From Polyangia bacterium (lineage in GTDB: Bacteria > Myxococcota_A > Polyangia > Palsa-1104 > JAEUJZ01): 64,000 bases of DNA. Shown here piece after piece: positions 18,622 through 29,229 of the stretch; the stretch's first letter is position 1; each line of letters begins with the position of its first letter. The DNA lies in assembly GCA_046351595.1 (NCBI GenBank), contig JAXLYE010000004.1, positions 904,255-968,254 of the forward strand. Reading direction: 5' to 3'. Below the pieces are notes generated by a model that saw nothing but the letters and a program-made list of their open reading frames with translations, was not told the origin of the DNA and did not search any database. The position numbers and the translations under genes were made by a program.

Positions 18622-19347
18622 ATGTCCGAGCGACGCGAAAACTCGCTGCTCTTTTCGCTCAACCAGTTGAAAGAACTGGAAGAGGACCGGCTCCGCGAGG
18701 AGGCGGACGCTCGCCGCGCTGCAGAAGAGGCGGCTCGCCGAGCGATTGAAGAGGAAGAGCGGCGCAAGCGCGAGGAAGAGGAAGCCAAGATCCGCGCCAA
18801 GGAAGAGGCGGAGCGGCGCGCGCGCGAGGAAGCCGAGCGGCTCGTCCGCGAGGAGAAGCTGCGCATCGAAGAGTCCGAGCGCCGCGCCAAGGTCGAGGCC
18901 GAGGCCCGCATCGAAGAAGCGCGCCTGATCAAAGAGACGCAGGAGCGCATCAAGAAGCAGCTGCCGTACAAGCTGCTGGCCGCGGTCGGCGCCGTCATCC
19001 TGGCGATTGCGGGCGTGGTCATCGGCGTCGTCATCAACCGCCGCCTCGACGAGCAGAAGGCCGAGCAGTCGCGCCTCGACGCCATCCGCAAGGCCGAGGC
19101 CGAGGAGAAGCGCAAGAAGGACGCCGAGATCGAGGAGCAGGAGCGCGACACCGCGCGCAAGATCCGCGAGCTGCAGGCCCGCCTGAGCGCCACCACGGGC
19201 GAGGTCGAGAAGAAGAAGCTCGAGGAAGAGAACCGCAAGAAGGCCAACTCCGGCGGCGGCAGCAAGGGCGGCGGCAAGAAGGGCGGCGGCGACAAGGGCG
19301 ACAAGAAGGACGAGAAGAAGGGCGGCGGCGACGACGACATCCTCTAG
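18622..19347 (+). CDS. Lys/Glu/Arg-rich coiled-coil protein with one central TM helix and a Gly/Lys-rich tail; hypothetical
   Basis: ATG 18622 is preceded by AGGAGA. The sequence EEAERRAREEAERLVREEKLRIEE is heptad-like. The TM segment is LLAAVGAVILAIAGVVIGVVI. The tail is GGGSKGGGKKGGGDKGDKKDEKKGGGDDD. Confidence 0.6.
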   Translation: MSERRENSLLFSLNQLKELEEDRLREEADARRAAEEAARRAIEEEERRKREEEEAKIRAKEEAERRAREEAERLVREEKLRIEESERRAKVEAEARIEEARLIKETQERIKKQLPYKLLAAVGAVILAIAGVVIGVVINRRLDEQKAEQSRLDAIRKAEAEEKRKKDAEIEEQERDTARKIRELQARLSATTGEVEKKKLEEENRKKANSGGGSKGGGKKGGGDKGDKKDEKKGGGDDDIL

Positions 19348-19554
19348 CGTCGCGCGCCACGCATCGGGGGCGCCCCCGGTCCCGGGCTCATGGCCTGCGC
19401 GCACCGGCGGCGCCTTCTTTCTTGGCGCGTGCCAGTCCGCTCTGCCGATCGGCTTTGCAGATCAGCTTGGCCGATCGGCTTTGTCGATTGTCCCGGGCCT
19501 CGTCGCACACCGGCGGTCCGCAGCACAAAAGCGTGTCCCTGCATCACTCCGTGC

Positions 19555-19582
19555 TTGACTCCAGGCGGCCAAAAAATAAACT
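19555..19582 (+). promoter_or_regulatory. sigma70-like promoter candidate TTGACT-N16-TAAACT upstream of tRNA-Cys
   Basis: The hexamers are read directly. tRNA-Cys begins 57 nt downstream. Confidence 0.4.
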
Positions 19583-19639
19583 GCGGTTCTCGTGGCTGGC
19601 GCGGTCAGCCCGGTGCTTGGCCGGTATTCGAAGTCGTTC

Positions 19640-19714
19640 GGCGGCATAGCCAAGTGGTAAGGCAAAGGTCTGCAAAACCTTCATTCCCCGGTTCAAATCC
19701 GGGTGCCGCCTCCA
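19640..19714 (+). tRNA. tRNA-Cys (anticodon GCA), CCA encoded
   Basis: Manual cloverleaf: acceptor GGCGGCA/TGCCGCC, anticodon stem AAGGT/ACCTT with loop CTGCAAA, T-loop TTCAAAT. Confidence 0.88.
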
Positions 19715-19847
19715 GCAGGACCTCGACACGCTGCAGTCGGGGCTAGGTCAGAGAAGAAGGTCGGCCGGTCGGAAGTTTTTCAAGCAGCAGAAAAAAGTTG
19801 TTGACAGCGACCGGCAAATTGAAGCACTACATAGCCACTTTTCGAAC

Positions 19848-19920
19848 GGGCCCATAGCTCAACTGGCAGAGCAGCGGACTCTTAATCCGTTTGTTGTAGG
19901 TTCGATTCCTACTGGGCTCA
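19848..19920 (+). tRNA. tRNA-Lys (anticodon CTT)
   Basis: Acceptor GGGCCCA/TGGGCTC, anticodon stem GCGGA/TCCGT with loop CTCTTAA, T-arm GTAGG-TTCGATT-CCTAC. Confidence 0.85.
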
Positions 19921-19925
19921 CCGAC

Positions 19926-19960
19926 AAAAAGCCGTAGTCCTTGACTACGGCTTTTTTATT
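19926..19960 (+). terminator. rho-independent terminator (GCCGTAGTC-ctt-GACTACGGC followed by TTTTTTATT) after tRNA-Lys
   Basis: Perfect 9-bp stem plus a U-tract, read directly. An A-tract upstream makes it potentially bidirectional. Confidence 0.8.
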
Positions 19961-19978
19961 GCCGATTTCTATCCCCAC

Positions 19979-20060
19979 GCGAGAGTGGCGGAATTGGCAG
20001 ACGCACCAGACTTAGGATCTGGCGCCTAACGGCGTAAGGGTTCAAATCCCTTCTCTCGCA
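19979..20060 (+). tRNA. tRNA-Leu (anticodon TAG), long variable arm
   Basis: Acceptor GCGAGAG/CTCTCGC, anticodon stem CCAGA/TCTGG with loop CTTAGGA, variable arm CGCCTAACGGCG, T-loop TTCAAAT. Confidence 0.88.
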
Positions 20061-20122
20061 CCGTTAAGGGGGGGACCTTCCCGTCCCCCCTCCCTCGGCC
20101 GAGCCGAGTGAGCCTCCCCCCA

Positions 20123-20150
20123 CCGCGCGTGGCTCGCGCGGGTTTTGGGG
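20123..20150 (+). terminator. candidate terminator hairpin CCGCGCG-tggct-CGCGCGG followed by GTTTTGGGG; a G-rich hairpin at 20068-20090 precedes it
   Basis: Read directly. The T-tract is weak. Confidence 0.35.
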
Positions 20151-20207
20151 AACCTGCCCGTCTTCCCTCATCGAACCAAGCTCGGTGAGCGTCCTGGCTC
20201 GGCGGGG

Positions 20208-21947
20208 TCAGCGCGCCCAGCGGAGGGCGCCTGCTTCGTCGAGGGCCAGGAGGTACTCGCCGAGGATCCGGCCCTGCGCGCTCAGCCGCTCGGGGGTCGC
20301 GAGCGCGGCCAGGAGCCCGAGGGCGCGCTGGCGGTACAGCCTGCGGCTCGGCTCAGGAACCCCGGCGGCGCGGGACAGCGCGGCCAGCGCGCGCGCCACA
20401 AGGACGTTGGCCGCAAACGGCTGCTCGCGGCGCGCGAACACCCCGGCGGCGCCCGGGTCGTTGGTGCTGACCCACAGCAGCCCGCTCGACGGAGCGTACA
20501 GCGTCCGCCACAGCGTCGCGGTGATGCGCTCGGCCGCCTCGCGGTACCGAATCGCCCCAGCCATCGCCCCGGCCTGCTGGCCGAGCCGCGCCAGCGCCAG
20601 CGCCAGCGCCGCCCCGTCCGCGAGGAAGCGCAGGCTCGAGGTCGCGATCGCCTCGCGCTTGACCGTGCCGTCGGGCTCGACGTGGCTGCGCAAGATCGCG
20701 TCCGCGGCCTGCTCCGCCGCCTTCTGGTACAGCGCGGCCTGCGGCTCTCCGTGCAGCGCCGCGGCGAGCGCGCTCAGCGCCGCGATGGCCAGCCCGTTCT
20801 CGAAGGCGTAAACGTGGTCGTCGATGCGCGGGATGCCGAGGGCGCGGCGCCCGGCGTCGTCCTTGGCGTAGTAGACGTGGCCGTCGACGAACCCGCGCTC
20901 CTTGTCGTGGCCGCCGAGGTCCGCGTCCTGGCTGACCAGGAACAGCCCGTCGCGGTTGCGCAGAAACGACAGCACGTAGCCGGCCACGCGCTCGCCGTCG
21001 GCGCGGGCGCTCGCGCGATCGGCGGGCGCGGGCAGCTCGGTGAGCGCGCGCGCGGCGGCCTCGATCGCGGCGGTCTGCAGCGGCAGCCGCTTCTCGAAGT
21101 GCGGCTCGGTCCACACGCCATTCACGGAGTACTGGTAGACGCCGCCCCAGACCGGATCGATCAGCGCGCGCTGCTTCTCGAGCGTGAAGCGGGCGCGCTC
21201 GCGGGCGGCGTCGTCGCCGTGGCGGGCGCGCACCAGCTCGAACTCGACGTTGGCGCCGAGCGGCATCTTCTGCCGCTTGCCCCAGCCGCCCTCGTCGCGA
21301 TCGTAGTAATCGTCGAGCAGCTGCGTCGCCTGCGCCCCGATCCAGCCGAGCATGCCGACGGGCACGGGCGGCGTGATCAGCCCGCGCCGCGCCGGCGCCG
21401 CCTGCGCACCGGACCCCGGGGCCGCGCCGCGCTGCAGCGCCTGCTCGACCCGCTGCCGCAGCACCTCGGGCGCCAGGTAGCCGCGGAACTTGCCGAGCTC
21501 CTCACCGCCCGCGCTGAGCAGCACCGTCGCCGGCCAGCCGTAGTCCTCGTAGCGCGAGGCGAGGTCCGGGCGCGAGTCGATGTCGACGCGCACCGCCACC
21601 ACCTTGTCGCGCAGCAGCCGCCCGAGCTCGGGATCCGTGTACGTCGTGTCGTCCATGACGTGGCACCAGTGGCACCACGTCGCGACGCAGTCGAGCAGCA
21701 CCAGCTTGCCCTCGCGCTGCGCGCGGGCGAAGGCGGCGGGCCCGTACTCGTCCCAGGTGAAGCCGAGCTTCTTTCCCGCCTGGCGCGCGGCGGCGATGTC
21801 CTCCTCGGGCGGAGTCGACGGTGCGCTCGCGGCGGGCGGCGGCGTCGGCACCGTGGGCGCGCCGGCACAGCCGGCCAGAGTCACGAGCAGCCCGAGCGAG
21901 AGCCCGGGCCGGGAGGGCGCACCGCGGCGCGTCGGCAGACAGAGCAT
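20208..21947 (-). CDS. thioredoxin-domain (DUF255/YyaL-like) lipoprotein with a C-terminal alpha/alpha-toroid (N-acylglucosamine-2-epimerase-like) region
   Basis: ORF 20208..21980, start trimmed to ATG 21947 (MLCLPTRRGAPSRPGLSLGLLVTLAGC lipobox). The DUF255 motif LLDCVATWCHWCHVMDD is present. Confidence 0.7.
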   Translation of the reverse strand: MLCLPTRRGAPSRPGLSLGLLVTLAGCAGAPTVPTPPPAASAPSTPPEEDIAAARQAGKKLGFTWDEYGPAAFARAQREGKLVLLDCVATWCHWCHVMDDTTYTDPELGRLLRDKVVAVRVDIDSRPDLASRYEDYGWPATVLLSAGGEELGKFRGYLAPEVLRQRVEQALQRGAAPGSGAQAAPARRGLITPPVPVGMLGWIGAQATQLLDDYYDRDEGGWGKRQKMPLGANVEFELVRARHGDDAARERARFTLEKQRALIDPVWGGVYQYSVNGVWTEPHFEKRLPLQTAAIEAAARALTELPAPADRASARADGERVAGYVLSFLRNRDGLFLVSQDADLGGHDKERGFVDGHVYYAKDDAGRRALGIPRIDDHVYAFENGLAIAALSALAAALHGEPQAALYQKAAEQAADAILRSHVEPDGTVKREAIATSSLRFLADGAALALALARLGQQAGAMAGAIRYREAAERITATLWRTLYAPSSGLLWVSTNDPGAAGVFARREQPFAANVLVARALAALSRAAGVPEPSRRLYRQRALGLLAALATPERLSAQGRILGEYLLALDEAGALRWAR

Positions 21948-21995
21948 GACGCATCGTACCACGCCAGCGCCGCCCGCCACCGACGGGGTAGCCGC

Positions 21996-22526
21996 TCACA
22001 GCGGGGTCAGGGTCGTGAGCGCGCGCTGCAGCGCCTCGGGCGGCGCGGTGCGCGTGAAGCCCCGGCGATCGACCACGACGTGCACGGTCTGCGCGACGGC
22101 CACCACCTCGCCGGGGCGCTGGCCGTTCGTTGACTCGGCGTCACGCGGCCGCTCCAGGCGGTAGCCGATCGTGTACACGCTGCCGCGTCGCCGCGCCGCG
22201 ACCAGGTGGACGACGACGCGCTCGCCGAAGCGCAGCGGGCGGATGAAGTCGACCTCGGCGTGCACCAGCGGCGCGATCCACTCGCCCGCGGCCAGCGTCT
22301 GGTGCAGCGGGCAGCCGGAGGCGCTCAGGAACCCGACGTACCCGTCGTGGCAGTAGTCGAGCACGCGCGCGAAGAAGATGATGCCGGCGGCGTCGACGTC
22401 CTGGAAGCGGATCGGCAGCTCGAGCGAGAAGCCGCTCGCCGCGGCGAGCAGGGCGTCGCGTGACAGCGGCTGATCGCGCGGGCTGGGCGGGCCGGGCGGG
22501 GGCGGTTCGGGCGGGGGCGCAGACAT
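21996..22526 (-). CDS. hotdog-fold acyl-CoA thioesterase (4HBT/YbgC-like); possibly DHNA-CoA thioesterase given its MenA neighbour
   Basis: 176 aa. The 4HBT-like core is FQDVDAAGIIFFARVLDYCHDGYVGF...VHAEVDF. Confidence 0.65.
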   Translation of the reverse strand: MSAPPPEPPPPGPPSPRDQPLSRDALLAAASGFSLELPIRFQDVDAAGIIFFARVLDYCHDGYVGFLSASGCPLHQTLAAGEWIAPLVHAEVDFIRPLRFGERVVVHLVAARRRGSVYTIGYRLERPRDAESTNGQRPGEVVAVAQTVHVVVDRRGFTRTAPPEALQRALTTLTPL

Positions 22527-22578
22527 GGGCCCCGCTTGTCCTCTTTCCCGGCGCGGCTTGTCAAGGACGAGGCGGCGG

Positions 22579-23481
22579 CTAGGGCGCGCGTGACAGCGCG
22601 ATGCCCGCGGCCCACAACAGCCCGAACAGGAGCAGCAGCTGCGCCGTGCCCTTGAGCAGCGGGTTCATCGCCGCTCCGACGGTGCGGCGCAGCGCCACGT
22701 TGAGCCGCAGGGCCAGCGGCAGCGTCGCGAGCGGCAAGAGCGCCCACACCGACAGCCGCGGCACGAGCGCGAGCGGCACGGCGTAGGCCAGCGCCGTCAC
22801 CGCGTGGTACTCGAGCAGGCCGCCGCCGCGGCCCAGGCGCACGGCCAGGGTGCGCTTGCCGGCGCGGCGATCGGTCTCGACGTCGCGCACGTTGTTGACG
22901 ACCAGCACCGCGGTGGCCAGCGCGCCGAGCGGCAGCGACGCTGCGACCGCGAGCCACGGCACGCGCAGGAGCTGCACGAACACGGTGCCGCAGACCGCCA
23001 CAAGCCCCAGGAACACGAACACGAACACGTCGCCGAGCCCGTGGTAGCCGAGCGGGTAGGGCCCGCCGGTGTACGCCAGCCCCGAGGCCATGCACACAAG
23101 GCCCAGCGCGATGATCCACGGGCTCGCGGCCACCGCCAGGTAGACGCCGCACGCGGTCGCGCCGAGGAACGCCAGCGCCACCGCGCGCTTCACCTTGTGC
23201 GGCGCGAGCAGCCCGGCCTGCGTGACGCGCACCGGGCCCAGGCGCTCGCTGGTGTCCGCGCCCTTCTCGTAGTCGAAGACGTCGTTGGCCAGGTTGGTGC
23301 CGATGAGGATGAGGAGGGCGCCGACGAGCGCCGCGAGCGCGGGGCCGGTCCGCAGGCCGCGCTCGAAGTAGGCGACGGCGGTGCCGACCAGGACCGGCGC
23401 GACGGCGATGCCCAGCGTCGGCAGCCGGAAGCCGAGCAGCCACGCGCCGAGCGAGCCTTTTTGCGGGAGCGGGGGAGCCAT
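22579..23481 (-). CDS. menA: UbiA-superfamily prenyltransferase, MenA-type (1,4-dihydroxy-2-naphthoate polyprenyltransferase-like)
   Basis: ORF 22579..23781 trimmed to ATG 23481 (MAPPLPQKG). MenA signature motifs NDVFDYEKGAD and NNVRDVETDRRAGKRTL are present. About 8 TM helices. Confidence 0.75.
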   Translation of the reverse strand: MAPPLPQKGSLGAWLLGFRLPTLGIAVAPVLVGTAVAYFERGLRTGPALAALVGALLILIGTNLANDVFDYEKGADTSERLGPVRVTQAGLLAPHKVKRAVALAFLGATACGVYLAVAASPWIIALGLVCMASGLAYTGGPYPLGYHGLGDVFVFVFLGLVAVCGTVFVQLLRVPWLAVAASLPLGALATAVLVVNNVRDVETDRRAGKRTLAVRLGRGGGLLEYHAVTALAYAVPLALVPRLSVWALLPLATLPLALRLNVALRRTVGAAMNPLLKGTAQLLLLFGLLWAAGIALSRAP

Positions 23482-23546
23482 GCGCCGATTCTGCGCGAGC
23501 GCGCGGCGCGGAGCAGCACTTCCGTGCGGAAAGTTCGCGACACGCG

Positions 23547-24521
23547 CTAGAGCAGCACGTCGCGGCGCAGGCCGAGCATCGGCAGGGCCTGCGGCAGGAG
23601 CTCGAACTCCGCGGGCGCGAAGCCCGGCGCCTCGCCATCGAGCTCGACCCACGCCCTGCGGCCCGAGCGCGGCTCGTCGAGCACCTCGACCTGGATGCGG
23701 CGGCCGCGGCGCCACGAGACGTAGGGCAGCTCGAGGATGCGGCTGCCGTAGAGGTGCCGGGTGTCGCGCATCGACGCCCACAGCGACGACGGCTGGATCG
23801 CCACCACGTCGAACTGGCCGTCGCCCAGGCGGGCGCGCGGCGCGAAGTGCATGCCGCCGCCGGCGTACTGGCCGTTGCAGATCGCCAGCGTCGTGATCTC
23901 GGCCTCGAGCATGACCTCACCGTCGACGCGGATGCGCAGGCGCGGCGGCACGTACTGCCACAGCGCGCGCGCGGTCGCGGTGAAGTAGGCGACCTTGCCG
24001 CCGAGCGGCTTGCTGCTGGCGTTGACGATGCGGCAGACCAGGCCGCTGATGCCGACCGAGCCGATGTTGAGGAAGCACCGGGTCTCGTCGGCGCCGTCGT
24101 CGCGGCGGTAGTGCACGCGGCCGATGTCGATGCGCGACGGCTCGGGGCGGCCCGCGCTCTCGGCGATGGCGGCGGCGCCGCGCGCAAGGTCGTGGACGCC
24201 GACGGTCAGCCGGCAGAAGTCGCCGCCCGAGCCGGCCGACAGCACGCCCATGCGCACGTCGGTGCGGTCGCCGGACTTGAGCAGACCGTTGACCACCTCG
24301 TTGTGCGTGCCGTCGCCGCCGAGCGAGAGCACGGTGGTGGCGCCGCCGGCCGCGGCCTGCGCCGCCAGGGTCGAGGCTTCGCCGCTCTGCTTGGTGAACA
24401 GCACCTCGCAGCGGCCGAGCGCGGCGTGGAGCGCGGCGATGATCGCGTCACGCTCGCGGCCGACCCGCCCGGCGCCCGCGGCCGGGTTGGCGATGACGAC
24501 GGTGCGCTTGGGATCGAGCAC
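23547..24521 (-). CDS. lipid kinase of the diacylglycerol-kinase catalytic-domain family (YegS/BmrU-like)
   Basis: GGDGT motif present (VLSLGGDGTHNEVVNGL). 324 aa. Confidence 0.75.
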   Translation of the reverse strand: MLDPKRTVVIANPAAGAGRVGRERDAIIAALHAALGRCEVLFTKQSGEASTLAAQAAAGGATTVLSLGGDGTHNEVVNGLLKSGDRTDVRMGVLSAGSGGDFCRLTVGVHDLARGAAAIAESAGRPEPSRIDIGRVHYRRDDGADETRCFLNIGSVGISGLVCRIVNASSKPLGGKVAYFTATARALWQYVPPRLRIRVDGEVMLEAEITTLAICNGQYAGGGMHFAPRARLGDGQFDVVAIQPSSLWASMRDTRHLYGSRILELPYVSWRRGRRIQVEVLDEPRSGRRAWVELDGEAPGFAPAEFELLPQALPMLGLRRDVLL

Positions 24522-24582
24522 GAGATACCTCTTCTACTTCTACCGCTTTCGGCCTGGCTCTTATAGCCCCCGAATCGAGCGC

Positions 24583-26238
<1,656 letters not shown>

Positions 26239-26328
26239 TCGAGCTCCTCCTCTTTTGTCGCTGGCGTGGTCTCGCGGGCCTTCTGCCCGCGGGTCGGTTC
26301 ACCGGGCGTCATCGCCTGGCGCGGTCGC

Positions 26329-26916
26329 TCATCGGGCGCGCAGCTTCTGCGCGAACGCGGCCAGCGCCTGCATGAACGTGGCCAGGTGCTTGCGCGTCTC
26401 CTCGTCGGTCAGGCGGCCCTCGGCGTCGAACTTCTCGGCGGCGCGGCTGACCAGCACCTCGGGGCGGTTCAGCACGTGCAGGTTCAGGAACACCGCGATC
26501 TGGCGCAGGTGGTACTGCATGCGCGCGCCGCCCAGGTTGCCCGGCGAGGCGCTGACGATGCCGAGCGCCTTGTTGGCGAACGGCATCGACCTGTCGCGCG
26601 AGGCCCAGTCGATGGCGTTCTTCAGCACGCCCGGCACCGAGTAGTTGTACTCCGGGCTGGCGACGAGCAGCCCGTCTGCCGCCGCCACCGCCGCGCACAG
26701 CCGCCGCGCCGGCTGCGGCAGGCCCTGCTCATCGAGCACGTCCTGATCGAACAGCGGGAAGTCGCCGATCTCGATCCGCTCGATCGAGACGTGCGCTGGC
26801 GCGAGCTCGGCGGCGGCGTCGAGCAGCGCGCGGTTGTACGATTTCTTGCGCAGGCTGCCGCACAGGGCGACGAGCCGCACCGCGGACTGCGCACCGGGGT
26901 CGTGGGTCTGGGTCAT
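26329..26916 (-). CDS. NAD(P)H-dependent FMN reductase (SsuE/YieF/ChrR-type flavin or quinone reductase)
   Basis: RLVALCGSLRKKSYNRALL ... ASPEYNYSVPGVLKNAIDWAS. Confidence 0.8.
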   Translation of the reverse strand: MTQTHDPGAQSAVRLVALCGSLRKKSYNRALLDAAAELAPAHVSIERIEIGDFPLFDQDVLDEQGLPQPARRLCAAVAAADGLLVASPEYNYSVPGVLKNAIDWASRDRSMPFANKALGIVSASPGNLGGARMQYHLRQIAVFLNLHVLNRPEVLVSRAAEKFDAEGRLTDEETRKHLATFMQALAAFAQKLRAR

Positions 26917-26954
26917 CGTGATCCTCTCATCGCCGACGGTGCGGTGCGCTGCGC

Positions 26955-28637
26955 CTAGGTCCGCGCGATGCCGGTGCGGCGCTCCTGCTCACCGCGCACG
27001 CGCGCCCGCCACGCCTTGGCCAGCGAGTACTCGGGGTCGAGCGCCAGCGAGCGATCCAGGCACAGCATCGCCGACTCCAGGTTCTCGGCCTGGTAGTGGC
27101 ACATCGCCATGTTGCACAGCGTCACCGCGTGCTCGCCGAACAGCCGCAGCGAGATCTCGTTGTAGCGCAGCGCCTCGACGGGACGGCCGAGCGCCAGGTA
27201 TACGCGCGCGAGCTCGAAGGGCAGGTCGCGGCCGAACGGATAGAAGTGCTCCCACAGCCGCTCCAGCATCAGCCCGAGCTCGTAGCGCACGGACTCCGGC
27301 GCCGCGGCGGCGTTGTCGACCAGCTGCTGGCTGTAGTCGAAAAAGACGCTGGGATCGTGGCGCGACAGCTTGATGACGCCGTGGATCTGCTCGACGGTGA
27401 GCTGCGGCGACGCGCTGCGCAGCGCGGTGACGTGGGTGTAAAAGTCGTAGGGGCCGAAGTCCTCGGCGTGCTCCTGGAACGAGACCAGCGTGTCGGCGAA
27501 GTCCTCGGCGCTGCCGCCGCACAGAAGGGCCGCGGTCTTCAGGCTCACCTGCCGCGACGTGGTCAGCGCCGCGTAGCCGCCGCGCCCGCGCACGTACTCG
27601 GCCAGCGCGTGGAAGTTGACCATCGTCGAGAGCACCGAGTCGTGGTGCTGCACGTACGAGTCGCTGAGGTAGCTGAGCTCGTCCTCGGAGGCGTAGCCCT
27701 TGTCCGACGACAGAACCAGCATCCGCCCGGCCGACAGCGCGAGCAGCCGGCGCATGCAGCGCAGCGCCGCGATCGGGAACACCACGTGTGTGTCGGCCAG
27801 CCGCTCGGCATAAAGCGCCAGGATGCGGTCGAGCGCCGGGTCGTCCTCGTAGTAGGGCAGGGTGATCGGGCGATGCTCGAAGCGCGTCTCCATGTCGCCG
27901 AGCACGTCCGCGTCCTCAAGGCGCGCCTCGGGCCGCGGCGAGTACAGCGTCGCCATCGCCTCGTACAGCTTGCCGCCCTGCACCTTGAAGCCGTCGAGCA
28001 GCACGGTGTCGAAGATGTAGTTGGCGATGACGATGAGCGGGTTGCACAGAGACTCGGGCGACAGGAGCTCGCCGCTGTTCACGAGCTGCAGCCGATCCGA
28101 GCGCTCGACGTCGAAGCGCGCGAAGTCGAGCACGCCCGCCTCGACGAACGGCTTGAGCTGCGGCTGCTCTTGGAAGGCGCGCAGGTTGCTCTCCGCGAAG
28201 TCCGTCATCACGTAGCGGATCTTGAGCCGGCGCAGCGACGAGGCGCCGATGAGCGGCAGCAGCTGCTTGAGCAGGAAGAACGAGAGCTGCCCGTGCCCGG
28301 CCGCCAGCTCGATGATGTAGATCGGCTTGCTCGGATCGAGCGGCGCCGCCTCGGGAGAGTCCGCGCCGGCCGGGCCGCGCTGCGCCTTCATCAGAAGATC
28401 GCGCAGGTACGACACGATGAGCTGCGCGTAGGCGTGGGCGATGAACGGGTTGCTGGTGATGTAGAAGGGCACCGGCCCGTCCTGCCACGCGGCGGGCCCC
28501 TTCTCGTCGTAGAACCGGCGCGTGAGCGGCCAGAGCTGCGACTCGGAGAGGCGCTTGCCGCGCTCGAGCACGATGCCGTCGGTCGCGGGTTTCTGTGATC
28601 CGGAAGGGTCCTGGTCGTGGGTCTCTCGGTCGCTCAT
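26955..28637 (-). CDS. putative SAM-dependent methyltransferase-like protein with C-terminal TPR repeats
   Basis: ORF 26955..28910 trimmed to ATG 28637 (MSDRETHDQ). The Rossmann-like motif IYIIELAAGHGQLSF is present. TPR-like repeats occur at the C-terminus (ALRYNEISLRLFGEHAVTLCNMAMCHYQAENLESAMLCLDRSLALDP). Confidence 0.5.
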   Translation of the reverse strand: MSDRETHDQDPSGSQKPATDGIVLERGKRLSESQLWPLTRRFYDEKGPAAWQDGPVPFYITSNPFIAHAYAQLIVSYLRDLLMKAQRGPAGADSPEAAPLDPSKPIYIIELAAGHGQLSFFLLKQLLPLIGASSLRRLKIRYVMTDFAESNLRAFQEQPQLKPFVEAGVLDFARFDVERSDRLQLVNSGELLSPESLCNPLIVIANYIFDTVLLDGFKVQGGKLYEAMATLYSPRPEARLEDADVLGDMETRFEHRPITLPYYEDDPALDRILALYAERLADTHVVFPIAALRCMRRLLALSAGRMLVLSSDKGYASEDELSYLSDSYVQHHDSVLSTMVNFHALAEYVRGRGGYAALTTSRQVSLKTAALLCGGSAEDFADTLVSFQEHAEDFGPYDFYTHVTALRSASPQLTVEQIHGVIKLSRHDPSVFFDYSQQLVDNAAAAPESVRYELGLMLERLWEHFYPFGRDLPFELARVYLALGRPVEALRYNEISLRLFGEHAVTLCNMAMCHYQAENLESAMLCLDRSLALDPEYSLAKAWRARVRGEQERRTGIART

Positions 28638-28855
28638 TGCTCGCTCGGTTCGGGTGCTCGTATCGGGCTCGGGGTCGGGGTCGGTCGGGGCTCGGGGCGT
28701 TCGCGGGCGTCTTGGTTCACATCGGCGGTCCGCGGCTCGGCAGGTCGCAGGGCGGACCACAGGGTGCGAGCCGGCGCCCCGGCGCCTGCAAGAGCGGACC
28801 CAGTCTACCGAGCGAGCGAGCGAGCGCGTCAGGAAAGTTGTGAGCTGGCGCAGGT

Positions 28856-28910
28856 TGTCCGATCTGTCCGATCTGAAAACTCGGACTGTCTCAGACACTG
28901 TCTCAGACAA
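28856..28910. repeat. tandem short repeats: TGTCCGATC x2 (28856-28873) and ACTGTCTCAGACA x2 (28885-28910). The second unit is itself an inverted repeat, TGTCT-c-AGACA.
   Basis: Read directly, in the leader region upstream of the minus-strand methyltransferase gene. Confidence 0.8.
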
Positions 28911-29229
28911 TTTGCCCTGCGGCCGGGTCGCGGCCGGGTTGCGGTGGCTCCAGTTTCTGCCCGTTCAGGGAGTCTCCGACGGGAGCGCAAAAAGAGGCCG
29001 CGGCCGGCCGGCTGGCATGGCGGTTGCGATAATAGGCGAGCAAGAGGCCGCAAGGCCTGGACGGACCCACGGCTCGCGCTTCCGGCCTGCGCGGGCTGCT
29101 GCGGCCCTGCATATGGGGGTATGCGGGGCTGCGGTGCGCGCGCGGCGGAGTCGGCCAAGGGGGGCACGACACCCCCGCGCGCCACCCGGGGCCTGCACGT
29201 ATCAAGACCTACTGCGGTGGGCGCTGGCT

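Noticed and set aside
19366-19377. 12-bp perfect palindrome GGGGGCGCCCCC just after the coiled-coil gene stop
   Set aside because: There is no loop and no U-tract, so it is unlikely to be a terminator. Such GC palindromes arise by chance at this GC content.
19344-19547. 67-aa minus-strand ORF in the region upstream of the tRNAs
   Set aside because: No RBS and no codon bias. It overlaps the tRNA promoter region.
20145-22133. 662-aa plus-strand ORF
   Set aside because: It is antisense to the DUF255 thioredoxin-domain gene, which carries the conserved WCHWCH motif. It is not supported.
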